This document shows, one piece after another, positions 61,658 through 64,000 of a stretch of DNA of 64,000 nt (position 1 is the first letter of the stretch; the number at the start of each line of letters is the position of its first letter). A program made the translations under genes and the position numbers. Origin of the DNA: Balanoglossus misakiensis (lineage: Eukaryota; Animalia; Hemichordata). The DNA lies in the NCBI GenBank assembly GCA_040954595.2, contig CM082589.2:1539810-1603809 (forward strand), in the 5' to 3' direction. The notes under the pieces are model-generated. The model saw only the letters and a program-made list of their open reading frames with translations, ran no database searches and was not told the origin of the DNA.

Positions 61658-61869
61658 TGAACCTTTTGAACACCACAATTTTCTCTCCAAAATGGTGGTG
61701 AAACATGTTTTCATTTTTGCATATTTATCTTCAAATTTTCCCTTCATTTTGGACCACGTGGACATAAATTTCCATTGTCCATAGTTCTTGATCAAAATTG
61801 TATTTTAAAACGTGGAAAAAGTTATGGGGTTAATTTTGTGAAACCTGACGACAAGTTGACAAGGGTTGA
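61658..61869. mobile_element. Diverged second copy of the ~220-bp MITE-like repeat
   Basis: Same blocks in the same order as 53796-54015; decayed ends TGAACC...AAGGGTTGA. Confidence 0.55.
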
Positions 61870-62309
61870 TCAAGGAACACAAACGTCGATCTCGAATGGA
61901 GTATTTTACAAGGCTAGACATTTATTTTGTAGCTCTTCAACGCCCCTTGAAGATAGACGTTATTTTCGTTTGAGTCATCCATTAGATATCCCTGTTGCCA
62001 TCGACAGGAAATCTTGGCATTTTCAAGAAAATGTGCCATGGCAAGACGTTCGTAGAGTCATGGAATTTGATTATTATCATGTAAATAAAAGATAATTATT
62101 GACATTACTCTTTGGCCTTGTCTAGCGAAGGTTTTTACCAGGTCTACATGTCCTCTTCGACAAAAAAATAAAGAGAGGTTTTCATATAAATGTTGCAGTC
62201 TGGTTATAGCTCATGAACATTATTACAAAAAGAACAATTCCAGACTTGGAGAACTTTCTTTTTTTTTTTAAAAAATCATGGGTTATAGCTCACAAAAATT
62301 ATAAAAAAA

Positions 62310-64000
62310 TGACAAATTCGCAAAATCGAAAAATCGTCGATTTTTCAACATTTTCCTGAGCTATAACCCATGATTTTTTCAAAAAATCACCAAATGTCGA
62401 AAATTCGCAAAGTCGAAAAATCGTCGATTTTTCAACATTTTCCTGAGCTATAACCCATGTTTTTTTCAAAAATCACCAAATGTCGAAAATTCGCAAAGTC
62501 GAAAAATCGTCGATTTTTCGACATTTTCCTGAGCTATAACCCATGGTTTTTTCAAAAAATCACCAAATTTCGAAAATTCGCAAAGTCGAAAAATCGTCGA
62601 TTTTTCGACATTTTCCTGAGCTATAACCCATGGTTTTTTCAAAAAATCACCAAATTTCGAAAATTCGCAAAGTCGAAAAATCGTCGATTTTTCGACATTT
62701 TCCTGAGCTATAACCCATGGTTTTTTCAAAAAATCACCAAATTTCAAAAATTCGCAAAGTCGAAAAATCGTCGATTTTTCGACATTTTCCTGAGCTATAA
62801 CCCATGTTTTTTTCAAAAAATCACCAAATTTCAAAAATTCGCAAAGTCGAAAATCGTCGATTTTTCGACATTTTCCTGAGCTATAACCCATGGTTTTTTC
62901 AAAAAATCACCAAATTTCGAAAATTCGCAAAGTCGAAAAATCGTCGATTTTTCGACATTTTCCTGAGCTATAACCCATGGTTTTTTCAAAAAATCACCAA
63001 ATTTCGAAAATTCGCAAAGTCCAAAAATCGTCGATTTTTCGACATTTTCCTGAGCTATAACCCATGGTTTTTTCAAAAAATCACCAAATTTCGAAAATTC
63101 GCAAAGTCCAAAAATCGTCGATTTTTCGACATTTTCCTGAGCTATAACCCATGGTTTTTTCAAAAAATCACCAAATTTCGAAAATTCGCAAAGTCCAAAA
63201 ATCGTCGATTTTTCGACATTTTCCTGAGCTATAACCCATGGTTTTTTCAAAAAATCACCAAATTTCGAAAATTCGCAAAGTCGAAAAATCGTCGATTTTT
63301 CGACATTTTCCTGAGCTATAACCCATGGTTTTTTCAAAAAATCACCAAATTTCGAAAATTCGCAAAGTCGAAAAATCGTCGATTTTTCGACATTTTCCTG
63401 AGCTATAACCCATGGTTTTTTCAAAAAATCACCAAATTTCGAAAATTCGCAAAGTCGAAAAATCGTCGATTTTTCGACATTTTCCTGAGCTATAACCCAT
63501 GGTTTTTTCAAAAAATCACCAAATTTCGAAAATTCGCAAAGTCGAAAAATCGTCGATTTTTCGACATTTTCCTGAGCTATAACCCATGGTTTTTTCAAAA
63601 AATCACCAAATTTCGAAAATTCGCAAAGTCGAAAAATCGTCGATTTTTCGACATTTTCCTGAGCTATAACCCATGGTTTTTTCAAAAAATCACCAAATTT
63701 CGAAAATTCGCAAAGTCCAAAAATCGTCGATTTTTCGACATTTTCCTGAGCTATAACCCATGGTTTTTTCAAAAAATCACCAAATTTCGAAAATTCGCAA
63801 AGTCCAAAAATCGTCGATTTTTCGACATTTTCCTGAGCTATAACCCATGGTTTTTTCAAAAAATCACCAAATTTCGAAAATTCGCAAAGTCGAAAAATCG
63901 TCGATTTTTCGACATTTTCCTGAGCTATAACCCATGGTTTTTTCAAAAAATCACCAAATTTCGAAAATTCGCAAAGTCGAAAAATCGTCGATTTTTCGAC
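62310..64000. repeat. 87-bp tandem satellite array (~19 units, continues past window end)
   Basis: Unit gagctataacccatggttttttcaaaaaatcaccaaatttcgaaaattcgcaaagtcgaaaaatcgtcgatttttcgacattttcct; the 29-aa period in the ORF track confirms 87 nt. Confidence 0.98.

Noticed and set aside
62457-63946. Long ORFs (140, 141, 371 aa) of 29-aa repeats
   Set aside because: Artefact of a stop-free 87-nt satellite unit; open on both strands and broken by single-base indels.
62310-64000. CENP-B box in the satellite
   Set aside because: TTCG occurs but the A..CGGG part of the 17-bp box does not.

Overview
Intron-rich, AT-rich eukaryotic DNA from an invertebrate animal (taxon not provable from the window). 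Five protein-coding genes were rebuilt by hand with GT-AG introns and consistent phases. (1) A neurocalcin/hippocalcin-type calcium sensor (+, 31963-32851, 3 coding exons, 194 aa); the CpG-poor first ~31.9 kb probably represents its 5' introns with non-coding exons. (2) A secreted EMI + 4xFAS1 protein of the TGFBI/periostin family (-, 36138-40297, 13 exons, 704 aa). (3) A NAGPA/uncovering-enzyme homolog (-, 40812-42811, 6 exons, 381 aa) that lacks the EGF, transmembrane and cytosolic modules and ends in a GPI-anchor-like signal. (4,5) Two tandem Src-family tyrosine kinases (+, 48049-51537, 519 aa; +, 57209-61037, 556 aa) with identical intron positions but very different N-termini. Repeats include TTAA-flanked MITE-like elements, a palindromic 48-bp minisatellite just upstream of the neurocalcin start exon, and an 87-bp palindrome-rich satellite running off the right end. 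Most notable: the putative GPI-anchored NAGPA and its duplicated 'poison' splice donor, the SH3-ligand-bearing Src paralog, a furin-site insert in the EMI domain, and an unexplained ~16-bp motif repeated through the long neurocalcin upstream region. All family calls are by motif recognition; no database search was run.
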